A DNA stretch of 64,000 nt from an uncultured cyanobacterium. Its GTDB lineage: Bacteria > Cyanobacteriota > Cyanobacteriia > Cyanobacteriales > CAWUOF01. The stretch covers positions 5,920,001 through 5,984,000 of the forward strand of contig CAVUSO010000001.1 in assembly GCA_963744145.1 (NCBI GenBank), in the 5' to 3' direction. A program made the position numbers and the translations under genes. This document shows, one piece after another, positions 23,942 to 34,077 of the stretch (positions are counted from its first letter, which is position 1; each line of letters starts with the position of its first letter). The notes under the pieces are model-generated. The model made no database searches. It was not told the DNA's origin and worked only from the letters and a program-made list of their open reading frames with translations.

Positions 23942-25192
23942 ATGACTTATTATATTTCTCCACGTTTTCTGGACAAAGTTGCTGTTCATATCACCAAAAA
24001 TTTTCTTGACCTTCCCAATGTGCGCGTACCCTTAATTTTAGGAGTTCATGGACGGAAAGGAGAAGGTAAATCTTTTCAATGTGAACTAATCTTCAAAAGC
24101 ATGGGGATTGAAGTGATCCATATGTCAGCAGGAGAATTAGAAAGTCCAGACGCGGGTGATCCAGCGCGACTAATTCGTCTTCGTTATCGGGAAGCAGCAG
24201 AATTAATTCGGGTACGTGGAACCATGGTCGTACTAATGATTAATGATTTAGATGCTGGAGCTGGACGTTTTGATAGTGGTACTCAATATACTGTTAATAC
24301 TCAGTTGGTAAATGGCACATTAATGAATATTGCCGATCATCCCACTGATGTGCAACTTCCTGGTAGTTATGACTCTACCCCGCTCCATCGTGTTCCTATT
24401 ATTGTCACTGGTAATGATCTTTCTACTCTTTATGCACCATTAATTCGTGATGGTCGGATGGATAAATTTTATTGGGAACCCGATCGCGATGATAAAATTG
24501 GCATTGTGGGCGGAATTTTTGCAACTGATGGACTAACTAGAAATACAATTGAGCAGTTAGTTGATACTTTTGCTAATCAAGCCATTGATTTTTTTGGAGC
24601 TTTGCGATCGCGTCTTTATGATGAACAAGTACGTGAATTTATCCACGAAGTTGGGATTGACAAAATATCCTTGCGTGTGGTAAATAGCACTGAGGCACCG
24701 CCAGAGTTTAAAAAACCAGATTTCCATCTATCTCATTTAGTAGAAGTAGGAAATTTTATGGTTCAAGAACAAAATCGAGTTCAAGATATGCGACTGGTGG
24801 CAGAATATAATACATTACGAAAATTTGAGCATCCCAATCCAGTAAATGCTGCTAGTAATACCCCAACTCGCGATCGCAGCGAATCGATTAGTATCAATCC
24901 TATTCCCCCTAAACCAGAATTAAATTCAGATGTGCTTCAACAAGTACAACAATTGTTGAATGGAGGTTATCGGGTTGGAATAGAATATGTAGACAAGCGA
25001 CGTTTTTCGATGAATTCTTGGAACTGTTATGCAGTGATTACCGCAAAAGAGCAATCTGAAGCGATCGCTACCCTGAAACTCTGTTTGAATGAACATAGTG
25101 ATAAATATGTCCGTTTAGTCGGGATTGAGCCTAGTAATAAAAAACGAGTCATGGAAAAGATAATTCACCGTCCAGATTTAAGCTCAAATTAG
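23942..25192 (+). CDS. rca: Rubisco activase-like AAA+ protein with C-terminal RbcS-like domain
   Basis: GRKGEGKS Walker A, INDLDAGAGR, TGND..TLYAPLIRDGRMDKFYW; C-terminal GIEYVDKRRF...YVRLVGI. Confidence 0.9.
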   Translation: MTYYISPRFLDKVAVHITKNFLDLPNVRVPLILGVHGRKGEGKSFQCELIFKSMGIEVIHMSAGELESPDAGDPARLIRLRYREAAELIRVRGTMVVLMINDLDAGAGRFDSGTQYTVNTQLVNGTLMNIADHPTDVQLPGSYDSTPLHRVPIIVTGNDLSTLYAPLIRDGRMDKFYWEPDRDDKIGIVGGIFATDGLTRNTIEQLVDTFANQAIDFFGALRSRLYDEQVREFIHEVGIDKISLRVVNSTEAPPEFKKPDFHLSHLVEVGNFMVQEQNRVQDMRLVAEYNTLRKFEHPNPVNAASNTPTRDRSESISINPIPPKPELNSDVLQQVQQLLNGGYRVGIEYVDKRRFSMNSWNCYAVITAKEQSEAIATLKLCLNEHSDKYVRLVGIEPSNKKRVMEKIIHRPDLSSN

Positions 25193-25193
25193 C

Positions 25194-25958
25194 ATGATCA
25201 AAAGTAGCGGGGGGAACTCGATCGCGATGATTCTGCTGGTTCTAAATTTGATCGGTTGTCAGCAGGAATCTCGATCTATTCAGTCATCTCCATCCCTATC
25301 TCCACCCTCACCTTTAGTTAAGACTACACCTTTATCTAAACCTGCTCCTCAAGCTCTAGCAGAAGCTAGTCAGAATCGTCAGCAAGGTTTAAAATATCGA
25401 GACGAGGGGAATTATGAACAAGCGATTGTCTTTTTCCAAAAAGCTGTCAGTCTTGACCCCCAAAATCTTTCCGGTCAAGTGCTATTAGGTTGGACTCTTC
25501 ATCTGGCTCGCAAAGAGGAAAATGCTGCTAAGGTGTTAGAACAAACACTAGCTCAAGATTTATCTTATGTTCCCGCTTTGAACGCTTTGGGTATTGTCTA
25601 CTTAGTCAGTAGTCAATTAGAGTTAGCTATCAAAACTCACACTCGTGCTGTATCTTTACAAACTGACGATGAGGTTGGTTACTATAACTTGAGTTTAGCT
25701 TACCAACGCTTGCAAAAATATGAGCTGGCGATCGTCAATGCGGAACGAGCAACTACTTTAGAACCGGACAATCCCCATCCTTGGGTAGCACTAGCGATCG
25801 CTTATTGGAGTAAATCAGATCCAACTAAAGCAAAACAAGCTTACCAACGGGCTGTTAGTTTAGATTCTCGTTATAGTGATTCCTCATCCGTAGATGATCT
25901 ACAACAAGCTGGATTTAGTCAAACACAAATTGAACTGACTAAAAAGATGTACAACTGA
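25194..25958 (+). CDS. TPR-repeat lipoprotein
   Basis: LIGC lipobox and several TPR motifs. Confidence 0.85.
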   Translation: MIKSSGGNSIAMILLVLNLIGCQQESRSIQSSPSLSPPSPLVKTTPLSKPAPQALAEASQNRQQGLKYRDEGNYEQAIVFFQKAVSLDPQNLSGQVLLGWTLHLARKEENAAKVLEQTLAQDLSYVPALNALGIVYLVSSQLELAIKTHTRAVSLQTDDEVGYYNLSLAYQRLQKYELAIVNAERATTLEPDNPHPWVALAIAYWSKSDPTKAKQAYQRAVSLDSRYSDSSSVDDLQQAGFSQTQIELTKKMYN

Positions 25959-26047
25959 GTAGCATTTAGAAAGCTAATTCTGTTACAAAACTAGTTTCAA
26001 TATTGAAATCTTCAATACCTAACTACCTCCGACTATGATTTATAATC

Positions 26048-26206
26048 CAATCCGATTCAGTTAAGTGTAGGGGTGAAGTATGTTTAGCGACAATCGAGCG
26101 CTCAAACCAGCAATATTAGATCCGAATGCTTCACCCTTCGACTACGCTCAGGGTAAACCCTTCTTCAGCCCAGATCCACAAAAACATCCTTAACTGAACC
26201 TTATTG
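26048..26206. mobile_element. MITE-like repeat (CAAT..TTCAGTTAAG termini) with a REP hairpin and a nested 24-bp CCCTTCGACTACGCTCAGGGTAAA repeat
   Basis: Imperfect terminal IRs; interior homologous to the 277-bp array unit and to the 28.2-kb copies. Confidence 0.75.
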
Positions 26207-26329
26207 AATTATAATCTGCGATTGTTTAGGTAAGTTTTTTTTGGGTAATAAATTGTCCAGGAAATGTGGTTATGTATTGGTCATTGGGAAGAAAAATATT
26301 GAACCAAGTATTTTGTGATAGGAGTAGTC

Positions 26330-28084
26330 ATGGTTTTAAAAATACCAGCCAGATTCATTAAACCCCTAGTCATTTTCCATCTCATGGTTTTGTTTACAGT
26401 TGGTTGGGGAGTAATGGGTAGTTTAGCCCAAAAACCAACTACTGAAAATGCTAATTCAGTCTGTCTAAATTCACAACGGAAAGGTTCAGAAGACCCCGTG
26501 ATTCAAGGGATAAGTTTTCTGACAAAAGCTGATCAAGAGTGGCAGGATATATTTTCCTCCTTGGTTGGTACAATGCAAGCATATAGTCAGGCGAGTCCTT
26601 GGCCAGAAATCAATCAACGGGCTCGACAAGCAAAAGTCCCTGTCATGATGTATCACGATATTCTTAATGAAAAGCAGGTTTCCTGGGATGTTACACCCAC
26701 AGAATTGGAAGAACATTTTCAATTAATTCAAAAGAATGGCTTAACTCCCATTAGCATGGAGAAATTAATTATCCATTTACAAACAGGATTACCTTTACCA
26801 GAAAAGCCGATCGTTTTGACCTTTGATGATGGTTATGAAGGTCACTATCAGTATGTTTACCCATTGCTCAAAAAATATAATTATCCCGCTATTTTCTCTA
26901 TATATACCAACGGAGTTGGCATAAATAATGGAGACCCTTCTGCTCCTCTTCAGGGTAAAGGTCGTACCCATATTAGTTGGAAACAAATTAAAGAAATGAT
27001 CGCTAATCCGCTTGTGGAGATCGTTTCTCATTCGGTTACCCATCCCTTGGATCTGATTGGGATGACTGATAACCAGCTCAGGATTGAACTGGGTGAATCG
27101 AAGAAAATCCTGGAACAGGAGTTAGGTGTACCGATTAAATATTTTACTTATCCAGTGGGCAAAAATAATGATCATATTCGTCAGCTAGTTGCGGAAGCAG
27201 GTTATAAAGCAGCTTTGACTATGCACGAAGATCCAGCCGAAGAACAGTTAGCTGGTGAATCTGATAATCTGCTAGCGATCGGTCGCTGGGGACAATCTCG
27301 CTTAACCGAAGCGATTACTAAAGCTTGGGGCGGTCCACCTTTGCCGAAAATTGGTAATGGTAGTTTTAACTTTAGGTCTCCCATTCAACTGACTCGTCAA
27401 ACCTTTGACAATATTCCTTTAATTATAGTATCTGGCGGTCGGCCTATGACTATTCATGCCAACAGCCGTTATCAAGTTCAGGAGATTCTAGCTAATAATA
27501 AACCGATCGCTGGGGTAGCTGGGGGCTTTTTCTCCCTAGAATTTCTGGATTCTAACCAAATGATTGGTCCGGTCATGGGTAGCAATACAGGTAAATTTAT
27601 TCCTGGTAATAATGGGGACAATGTGCGTCTCCAAAACCGTCCTTTAGTGCTAATTAGTCCTAAAGAGGTTAAATTTATTCCCTTTGACTACAAAAAACAC
27701 AATACCCTGAGTGGTGTACAAGCAGAGATACCTGATGTGACTGATGCTTTTGTCGCAGCAGCATGGTTAGTCCGGGATGGTCAACCTCAACCGGCTAAAG
27801 CTTTCGGTAATTTGTTTGATTTTGATGCTGAACGTCATCGGACTTTCTGGGGAATAGGTAAAGACGGTCGTCCAATGATTGGGGTATCTACGGAAATGGT
27901 TGATTCTGTTAGATTAGGGAAAATTTTAGAACAGGCTGGCTATCAAGATGCTGTGATGTTAGATTCTGGAGCAAGCACTTCTTTAGCTTATCAGGGAGAG
28001 TCTTTAGTGGGTTATACTCCTCGCCCTGTTCCCCATGTGGTTGGTTTGGCACCACCAGAAACTGATCAATCTTTCTGTATGTAA
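26330..28084 (+). CDS. Polysaccharide deacetylase with C-terminal phosphodiester glycosidase (NAGPA-like) domain
   Basis: VMMYH, LTFDDGY, SHSVTH, YFTYPVG; C-terminal RTFWG and MLDSGAST. Confidence 0.85.
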   Translation: MVLKIPARFIKPLVIFHLMVLFTVGWGVMGSLAQKPTTENANSVCLNSQRKGSEDPVIQGISFLTKADQEWQDIFSSLVGTMQAYSQASPWPEINQRARQAKVPVMMYHDILNEKQVSWDVTPTELEEHFQLIQKNGLTPISMEKLIIHLQTGLPLPEKPIVLTFDDGYEGHYQYVYPLLKKYNYPAIFSIYTNGVGINNGDPSAPLQGKGRTHISWKQIKEMIANPLVEIVSHSVTHPLDLIGMTDNQLRIELGESKKILEQELGVPIKYFTYPVGKNNDHIRQLVAEAGYKAALTMHEDPAEEQLAGESDNLLAIGRWGQSRLTEAITKAWGGPPLPKIGNGSFNFRSPIQLTRQTFDNIPLIIVSGGRPMTIHANSRYQVQEILANNKPIAGVAGGFFSLEFLDSNQMIGPVMGSNTGKFIPGNNGDNVRLQNRPLVLISPKEVKFIPFDYKKHNTLSGVQAEIPDVTDAFVAAAWLVRDGQPQPAKAFGNLFDFDAERHRTFWGIGKDGRPMIGVSTEMVDSVRLGKILEQAGYQDAVMLDSGASTSLAYQGESLVGYTPRPVPHVVGLAPPETDQSFCM

Positions 28085-28531
28085 TACCAATTTAATGTGA
28101 AGTTGTATAAAATTGATCCCCCTAAATCCCCCTTAAAAAGGGGGACTTGAAATTCATGCTCCCCCTTTTTAAGGCAATACGGTTCAGTTAACTGTAGGGG
28201 CGAAGCATTCGGGCGATAAGTGATCACTTAAATCCGTTAATTTTAGATCCGAATGCTTCGCCCGGTTCTTCGCCGAGATATCCAAAAAAAAATTCTTAAC
28301 TGAACCGTATTGCTGGTTAAGGGACTTGAAATTCATGCTCCCCCTTTTTAAGGCAATACGGTTTGTTTAAGGGTATTTTGGGAGATATCGGCGGAAGTTG
28401 GGCGAAGCATTCGGGTATAATATTACTCGTTAGAGCGTTCAATTGTCGCCCGAATGCTTCGCCCCTACACTTAACCGAACCGTATTGCTGGTTAAGGGAC
28501 TAATTCTATGCACCCTCATCAAAAATTGGTA
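28085..28531. mobile_element. Composite MITE (TACCAATT termini, TAA flanks) containing two inner GCAATACGG-terminated REP cassettes
   Basis: Inner cassettes 28174-28313 and 28353-28488 in opposite orientation. Confidence 0.8.
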
Positions 28532-28604
28532 TAAGAGATCGGAATAGGTTGAGTTTCCGTCCTATTGATACAGAATTAATTCCCTATGATGTCCTTTTTC
28601 CTAG

Positions 28605-29660
28605 ATGTCTAACCGTCGTCAGTTTCTCCAAACCTTTGTTGCTACTGCTTTGACTTGTGGAATGACTTCCGGTCTTGAGTCAGCAACAGCACAAGAAACC
28701 AAGCGATCGCCCATCAAACCTGCACGCTTAAAACCAGGCGATCGAATTGGACTGGTTGCTCCTGCTGGTGCTGTATTTATTAAAGAAGATATCCAGATTG
28801 TGCAAGATGCTGTGCGGGCTTTAGGACTTGTCCCTCAACTTGCTCCCCATCTTCTTGATCAATATGGTTATTTGGCAGGTAAAGATCGCGATCGGGCGGC
28901 AGACATTAATCTGTTTTTTGCTAATCCAGACATAGCAGCTATATTACCAATAACTGGTGGTTGGGGTTGTAGTCGCATGATCCCCTATCTGGATTACGAA
29001 CAAATTCGCCACCATCCGAAAATTATTGTTGGTTTTAGTGATTTAACTGCTTTAATCCTGGCAATTAATGCGAAAACTAATCTAGTCACATTTCACGGTC
29101 CCAATGGACTGACCTCCTGGAGAACAGTCCAAACCGACTATTTCCGTCGGGTTTTGTTCGCTGGTGATACCCCGACTTTTCAAAATCTCAAAGATGGGGA
29201 GGATGCAGATCGTTTGATGCAAGTCAAATATCGCATCCAAACCATCAATCCTGGTAAAGCACGCGGTAGACTTATTGGTGGGAATCTTTCGGTATTTTCT
29301 ACTCTGGTCGGTTCTCCCTATCTTCCTGATTTAAACGGTGCGATCCTGTTTTTAGAAGAAGTAAGAGAAAATGTTTACCGGATCGATCGCTGGATGACTC
29401 ATCTCAAACTAGCAGGTGTATTTGACCGACTCGCTGGTTTTATCTTTGGGCAATGTCCAGATTGTGCCCCGGATGCTGATTATGGCTCTCTGACCCTAGA
29501 GCAAGTGGTCTGGGATCATATCCAACCCCTTGGCATTCCCGCCTGGTCTGGTGCTATGATTGGTCATACTGAACCGATTCTGACCCTACCTATTGGTTTA
29601 GATGTAGAAGTAGATGCTAGTGTCGGCACAATTCGGATGCTCGAACCCGCAGTGGTTTAA
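28605..29660 (+). CDS. LD-carboxypeptidase (peptidase S66) with Tat signal
   Basis: NRRQFL, GGWG, GFSDLT, FHGP, GGNLS, LFLEEV, IGH. Confidence 0.9.
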   Translation: MSNRRQFLQTFVATALTCGMTSGLESATAQETKRSPIKPARLKPGDRIGLVAPAGAVFIKEDIQIVQDAVRALGLVPQLAPHLLDQYGYLAGKDRDRAADINLFFANPDIAAILPITGGWGCSRMIPYLDYEQIRHHPKIIVGFSDLTALILAINAKTNLVTFHGPNGLTSWRTVQTDYFRRVLFAGDTPTFQNLKDGEDADRLMQVKYRIQTINPGKARGRLIGGNLSVFSTLVGSPYLPDLNGAILFLEEVRENVYRIDRWMTHLKLAGVFDRLAGFIFGQCPDCAPDADYGSLTLEQVVWDHIQPLGIPAWSGAMIGHTEPILTLPIGLDVEVDASVGTIRMLEPAVV

Positions 29661-29736
29661 GAGGATGGCAAAATAATTGTTTTGAATTTATTAATTCATT
29701 GTGTTAAAGAACCAAAGTCATGTTATAGTAAATGTT

Positions 29737-29830
29737 GATCTGGACCCATGCGATCGCAACGCCCAAACCTTGTCAGGACCGGAAGGTAGCAGCAATACGG
29801 GATGCTTGAGATAGGCGTGGTATCCGGGTC
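29737..29830 (+). ncRNA. ffs: Small bacterial SRP RNA (4.5S)
   Basis: TCAGGACCGGAAGGTAGCAGCA helix-8 motif, closing stem, TATAGT -10 box at 29724, T-run after. Confidence 0.93.
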
Positions 29831-29928
29831 ACTTTTTTTCCGGGGATCAGTGAGTGGAAGTTTAGCTGATTTACCACATATCCTGGAATAATCAAAATAA
29901 TTTACCTGTTGAAGGAGCCTCGGTTGAT

Positions 29929-30304
29929 ATGCCTGGTTTCGGAGATATTGTACAAAAGGCGTTCTACCTAGGAGTAGGAATAGCATCTCTAGCTGGTGAA
30001 AAAGCAGGTACTACGATCGCGCAGTTACGCATCCAAGCTCAAAAACTAGCAGATGAACTCGTAGCAAGGGGAGAAATGAGCAGCCGAAGAAGCACGTCGG
30101 TTGGTTGAGGATATGGTTAATAAAGCACAACAACCACCAACTGAAGCATCTTCATCCCCATCTCAACCATCCGAACCGCGTCGAATTGAGATTCTTACCG
30201 ATGAAGAAGAACCAACTCAGCAAGAATCTCCCGATGATGTTGAAAAAATGCGTAGACAAGTAGAAGCTATGCAAGCAGAACTTCGTCGTCTTCAACGCGA
30301 TTAA
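29929..30304 (+). pseudogene. Phasin-like conserved protein with a 1-nt frameshift at about 30082
   Basis: MPGFGDIVQKAFYLGVG...ELVARGEMS, extra base, then AEEARRLVEDM...LRRLQRD*. Confidence 0.75.
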
Positions 30305-30317
30305 ATGACAAGGTGAT

Positions 30318-30761
30318 ATGTTCCCAAACCCTATGGATGAGTGGTCAAAAGACTTTTTGGTGATGCTAGAAACAGCAGCTAATGAGGTGGAACAGTTTTT
30401 CCTAGAAGTCACTCAAGATGTGACCGTTATAGTAGAAACTCTATGGCAAGCTTCTGAAGAATTTACCGAAGAACTGCATCAGAATATTTTCCCCGAATTA
30501 GATTTGCGTCTGCAAGAGTTAATTGAACCACTTTTTGATGATGATCCCGGAAGTGAAGAACCGATCGATAATTTGCCTCAAATCGTTACCTATTTAGAAC
30601 CAACTCCACAAAAGCATCCTGCTTGTATAGGTTGTCAACACTACCACGGTCAAGTTTATGGGGGCAATTTGCTAGTTTGTGGAATGCACCCCTACGGTTG
30701 GGAAACCAACAACTGTCCGGATTGGGAAGCTGATGATTTTCACACAAATTATCCTGATTGA
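30318..30761 (+). CDS. Conserved cyanobacterial protein with C-terminal Cys/His motif
   Basis: ACIGCQHYHG...LVCGMHPYG...CPDW. Confidence 0.8.
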   Translation: MFPNPMDEWSKDFLVMLETAANEVEQFFLEVTQDVTVIVETLWQASEEFTEELHQNIFPELDLRLQELIEPLFDDDPGSEEPIDNLPQIVTYLEPTPQKHPACIGCQHYHGQVYGGNLLVCGMHPYGWETNNCPDWEADDFHTNYPD

Positions 30762-30842
30762 CAAATCAAACGGATATGAAGCTGAAAACGATTGCTAGTT
30801 AAACGGTAAGCGCGATCGAATTCGGGTGATTAATAATCGTAT

Positions 30843-31415
30843 CTATTGGTCTACAAGCATATCGTCAACACTAATTAGTAAATCTGGAAATGCCAGGGGT
30901 GAGATACTTTCACCGCGTCTAAATTGTTGGATACTTTCATAACCGTTCGGACCAGGATTGCGATAAACCTCTATCAATTCGGCATTAATGTCTACGATCC
31001 AAAGTTCAATAATTCCTGCTCTGGCATAGCACACTGACTTAACATTACGGTCATCATCAATGGTGGTATCCGCTACTTCAATTAGTAAATAAACATCTTG
31101 GATTTGGATATCTGATTCTATGTAATCATCTTTACAAGGTTTCAAAATTGATAGATCGGGTTCCGGTTGTAATCCCCCGTTTAATCTGACTGGGATTTGA
31201 ACTGCAACTAAGGCACGCTTTCTTAAATTTTCAGAAAAAATTCTATCCAGCCGAATTATGTACCCAGCGTGACGACGCCCCATTGGTGCCATATAAATAA
31301 TATCCCCATCAATTAGCTCTGTCCTACCATCTCCCAGCATCCCCAACTCACCTAGCTGGTAATATTCCTCTACCGTGAATTTCTTTCTTGTTGGTGTGGT
31401 TGCTACTGCGGTCAT
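30843..31415 (-). CDS. Uma2 family endonuclease
   Basis: FTVEEY, ELIDG, PEPD, LLIEVAD, YARAGI.ELWIVD. Confidence 0.9.
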   Translation of the reverse strand: MTAVATTPTRKKFTVEEYYQLGELGMLGDGRTELIDGDIIYMAPMGRRHAGYIIRLDRIFSENLRKRALVAVQIPVRLNGGLQPEPDLSILKPCKDDYIESDIQIQDVYLLIEVADTTIDDDRNVKSVCYARAGIIELWIVDINAELIEVYRNPGPNGYESIQQFRRGESISPLAFPDLLISVDDMLVDQ

Positions 31416-31475
31416 CTTTCTCACCATCTTATCCACTAATTCTTATTCTAAATTGCGTTCAGGTAGTGTACCTTA

Positions 31476-32623
31476 TACCAATTCTTGCAACTTTGACTAC
31501 AGATAGTGTAGAGTATAATTTGAGTAGAGTTGAAGGAAAAATATGGCAGGAGTTTATCACCTAGACATTAAGGAAAGTGAAGCCGAGCTGAAGAAATTGC
31601 TCGCAGTGGAAAAAACTGGTCCAGGAAAAGAACGATTACAAGCATTATATCTACTCAAGATAAACAAAGCTAAAACAGTCACAGAAGTTGCTGAAATCTT
31701 GGGCAGAAATCGAGTTACCGTTCAAGATTGGTTAGCCAAATACCGTCAAGGAGGATTGGCCAAATATCTGGGGAAAAAAGTGGGTACAGGCCGACCGAGA
31801 AAAATTCCTGACTGGGCGGTAAAAAGTTTAGAAAAACGACTAAATGAAGAGGAAGGATTTAATAGTTATGGGGAAATTTGTCAATGGCTATCATCCACCC
31901 TTGGGATAGAAGCTAAATATAAAACCGTTCATCAATTAGTGCATTATAAACTAAAAGCCTCACCAAAAATCGCCAGGCCGAAAAGTACAGAACAGTCAAA
32001 AAAAAAGTTAGATAATTTTAGAAATCACTTGGCAGAGGACCTAGCTATGCTGAGTTGGTTTGCCATAACAGTAATGAGTTTAGGAGATAAAGTCAGATTT
32101 TTATGTCAAGATGAAACGCGGATCGGCATGAAAACGATTAGTGGGAGAAAAATTACCATTCGTGGGGTAAAACCAATTGGTAAAGTGCAGTGGAAATTTC
32201 AAGCGACTTATATTTATGGCGTAGTAGAGCCAAAGACAGGGGAACATTTCTTTTACGAGTTTACTCATCTCAATAGTCAATGCTTTCAGATATTTTTAGA
32301 CTTAGTAGCCGCGCATTTTTCGGATAGTATTTTGATCATTCAGTTAGACAATGGTGGTTTTCATAAAGCTAAAAAGTTGGTAATTCCTAAAAACGTTATT
32401 TTAATGTTTCAACCATCCCATTGTCCTGAATCAAATCCAATCGAACAGGTATGGCAGTATCTCAAAAAGGGATTGAGATGGGAATTACCAAGAAACTTAG
32501 ATGAATTAAGACTTTTAATTAGTAAAGAACTAGAAAAGATGAATTCAAAAGTCATTGCCTCAATTACGGGACGAGCCTATATATTAGAGGCACTATCTGT
32601 AGTCGGTATTTAGAGAATTGGTA
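31476..32623 (+). mobile_element. IS630 family insertion sequence
   Basis: 33-bp imperfect IRs TACCAATTCT...GACTACAGATAGTG, TTA on both flanks. Confidence 0.92.
31543..32613 (+). CDS. IS630 transposase (single intact ORF)
   Basis: N-terminal HTH; QDETR, LDNGGFH, PESNPIEQVW DDE triad. Confidence 0.93.
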   Translation: MAGVYHLDIKESEAELKKLLAVEKTGPGKERLQALYLLKINKAKTVTEVAEILGRNRVTVQDWLAKYRQGGLAKYLGKKVGTGRPRKIPDWAVKSLEKRLNEEEGFNSYGEICQWLSSTLGIEAKYKTVHQLVHYKLKASPKIARPKSTEQSKKKLDNFRNHLAEDLAMLSWFAITVMSLGDKVRFLCQDETRIGMKTISGRKITIRGVKPIGKVQWKFQATYIYGVVEPKTGEHFFYEFTHLNSQCFQIFLDLVAAHFSDSILIIQLDNGGFHKAKKLVIPKNVILMFQPSHCPESNPIEQVWQYLKKGLRWELPRNLDELRLLISKELEKMNSKVIASITGRAYILEALSVVGI

Positions 32624-32870
32624 TTACAGCCTATTCCAGGTTTATGAAGTTCATCAAGGTGATCTGTGGTTTCCTGGCGGGTTCATTAATACCTCGACTA
32701 CGCTCGGCACAAGGGTTATTTGTGTGTGGCAAATTCAACGGTGAACCCGCCCCTTGTATCTTTAAAGGATACAGATAATTGGACTAACCAGATACAGGTA
32801 CATCAAGGATCAGGGAGAAATCTAAAGAAACTAGAAAAGTTTCCGACCTCCGCCCAAGAGAGATGAGAAA

Positions 32871-33057
32871 GTGTGCTGAAGAACATCAGCAAGTGGTGAA
32901 GTTGGCCTGCCCCTTAGACCTCATAAGTCTGTTTTGTAGATAAGCTCCCAGTCGCTGATGACAGACGCACAGAAAGCTCGACAGTATCTAAGGCACTCGT
33001 GGTCACGAGATAGCCTGTATTAACAAGGTTAGTTTAATGTCTGTCAAGTTCTCACAT
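32871..33057 (+). ncRNA. IS110 bridge RNA (target- and donor-binding loops); 5' end uncertain
   Basis: LTG CCTGCCCCT 32906-14, RTG TGTAG 32935-39, LDG ACAGTATCT 32981-89, RDG ACAAG 33023-27, each pair inside a closed stem-loop. Confidence 0.85.
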
Positions 33058-33090
33058 ATGAAAGAGATCAAGAGACATCAGGAGAAACTT

Positions 33091-34077
33091 ATGACATCTA
33101 CAGTCTTAGGAATTGATATTAGTAAAAAAGACTTTTATGTCGTTTTACTCAAACCGGACTGTGGGAAAAAGCCAAAACCCAAAAAATTTACCAACGATCT
33201 CTCAGGGTTTGGAAGTTTAGCACAATGGCTAAAACAACAAGGTGTGGTAGAACTTCATGCTTGCCTAGAAGCGACCAGTATTTATGGGGAAGCATTAGCT
33301 GAATTTCTCTACCAGAGTGGTTATCAGGTAAGTATCGTTAATCCAGCGCGAATCAAAGGATTTGCCAAAAGTGAACTCCTGCGAACAAAAACCGACGCGG
33401 TAGATGCAGGCTTAATTGCCCGTTTTTGTGCGGCGATGAAGCCGTCACTGTGGACACCAACAGCACCGGAAGTTAAGGAATTACAAGCCCTGCTCAGACG
33501 ACTAGAATCCTTCATCGAAATCGCGCAACAGGAACAGAATCGGCTCGAAACCGAGAGTGAACCTGTCGCACAAATAACGAGAAAGCATCTAGAATATCTC
33601 GCCCAACAACAAGCAGAGATCAAACAATTAATTCGCGACCATTTTGACCAACATCCCCATTTAAAACAACAGCGTGAGCTGTTGACTTCAATTCCGGGAA
33701 TTGGCGAACAAACTGCGGCTGTATTGTTAGCTGAAATTGGTCGGATTACGGATTATAAAAATGCCCGCCAATTAGTCGCTCATGCTGGGTTAAACCCGTG
33801 CGAACGGACTTCAGGAACTTCGGTTCATGGCAAAACTCGTTTGTCTTGTACAGGCAATACTCGACTCCGAAAAGCGTTGTATCTGCCTGCGGTAGTAGCG
33901 ATGCGTCATAACCCGTTACTCAAAGCCATGAGTGAGCGATTATTAGGTCGTGGCAAGGTCAAAATGCAGGTAATTGGTGCCCTGATGCGGAAACTCTTAC
34001 ATTTAGCTTTTGGCATTTTAAAATCCCAACAGCCTTTCGATCCCAATTATGCGATCGCTACCCCTTTACCCGTCTAG
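33091..34077 (+). CDS. IS110 DEDD recombinase
   Basis: GIDISK, LEAT, KTDAVDA, SIPGIG, TSGTS serine loop; AGGAG RBS before ATG 33091. Confidence 0.95.
   Translation: MTSTVLGIDISKKDFYVVLLKPDCGKKPKPKKFTNDLSGFGSLAQWLKQQGVVELHACLEATSIYGEALAEFLYQSGYQVSIVNPARIKGFAKSELLRTKTDAVDAGLIARFCAAMKPSLWTPTAPEVKELQALLRRLESFIEIAQQEQNRLETESEPVAQITRKHLEYLAQQQAEIKQLIRDHFDQHPHLKQQRELLTSIPGIGEQTAAVLLAEIGRITDYKNARQLVAHAGLNPCERTSGTSVHGKTRLSCTGNTRLRKALYLPAVVAMRHNPLLKAMSERLLGRGKVKMQVIGALMRKLLHLAFGILKSQQPFDPNYAIATPLPV

Noticed and set aside
29723..29986. 87-aa minus-strand ORF
   Set aside because: Antisense to the SRP RNA and the phasin-like gene
33037..33090. Longer N-terminus for the IS110 recombinase
   Set aside because: Overlaps the bridge RNA 3' stem; the RBS and domain start fit ATG 33091
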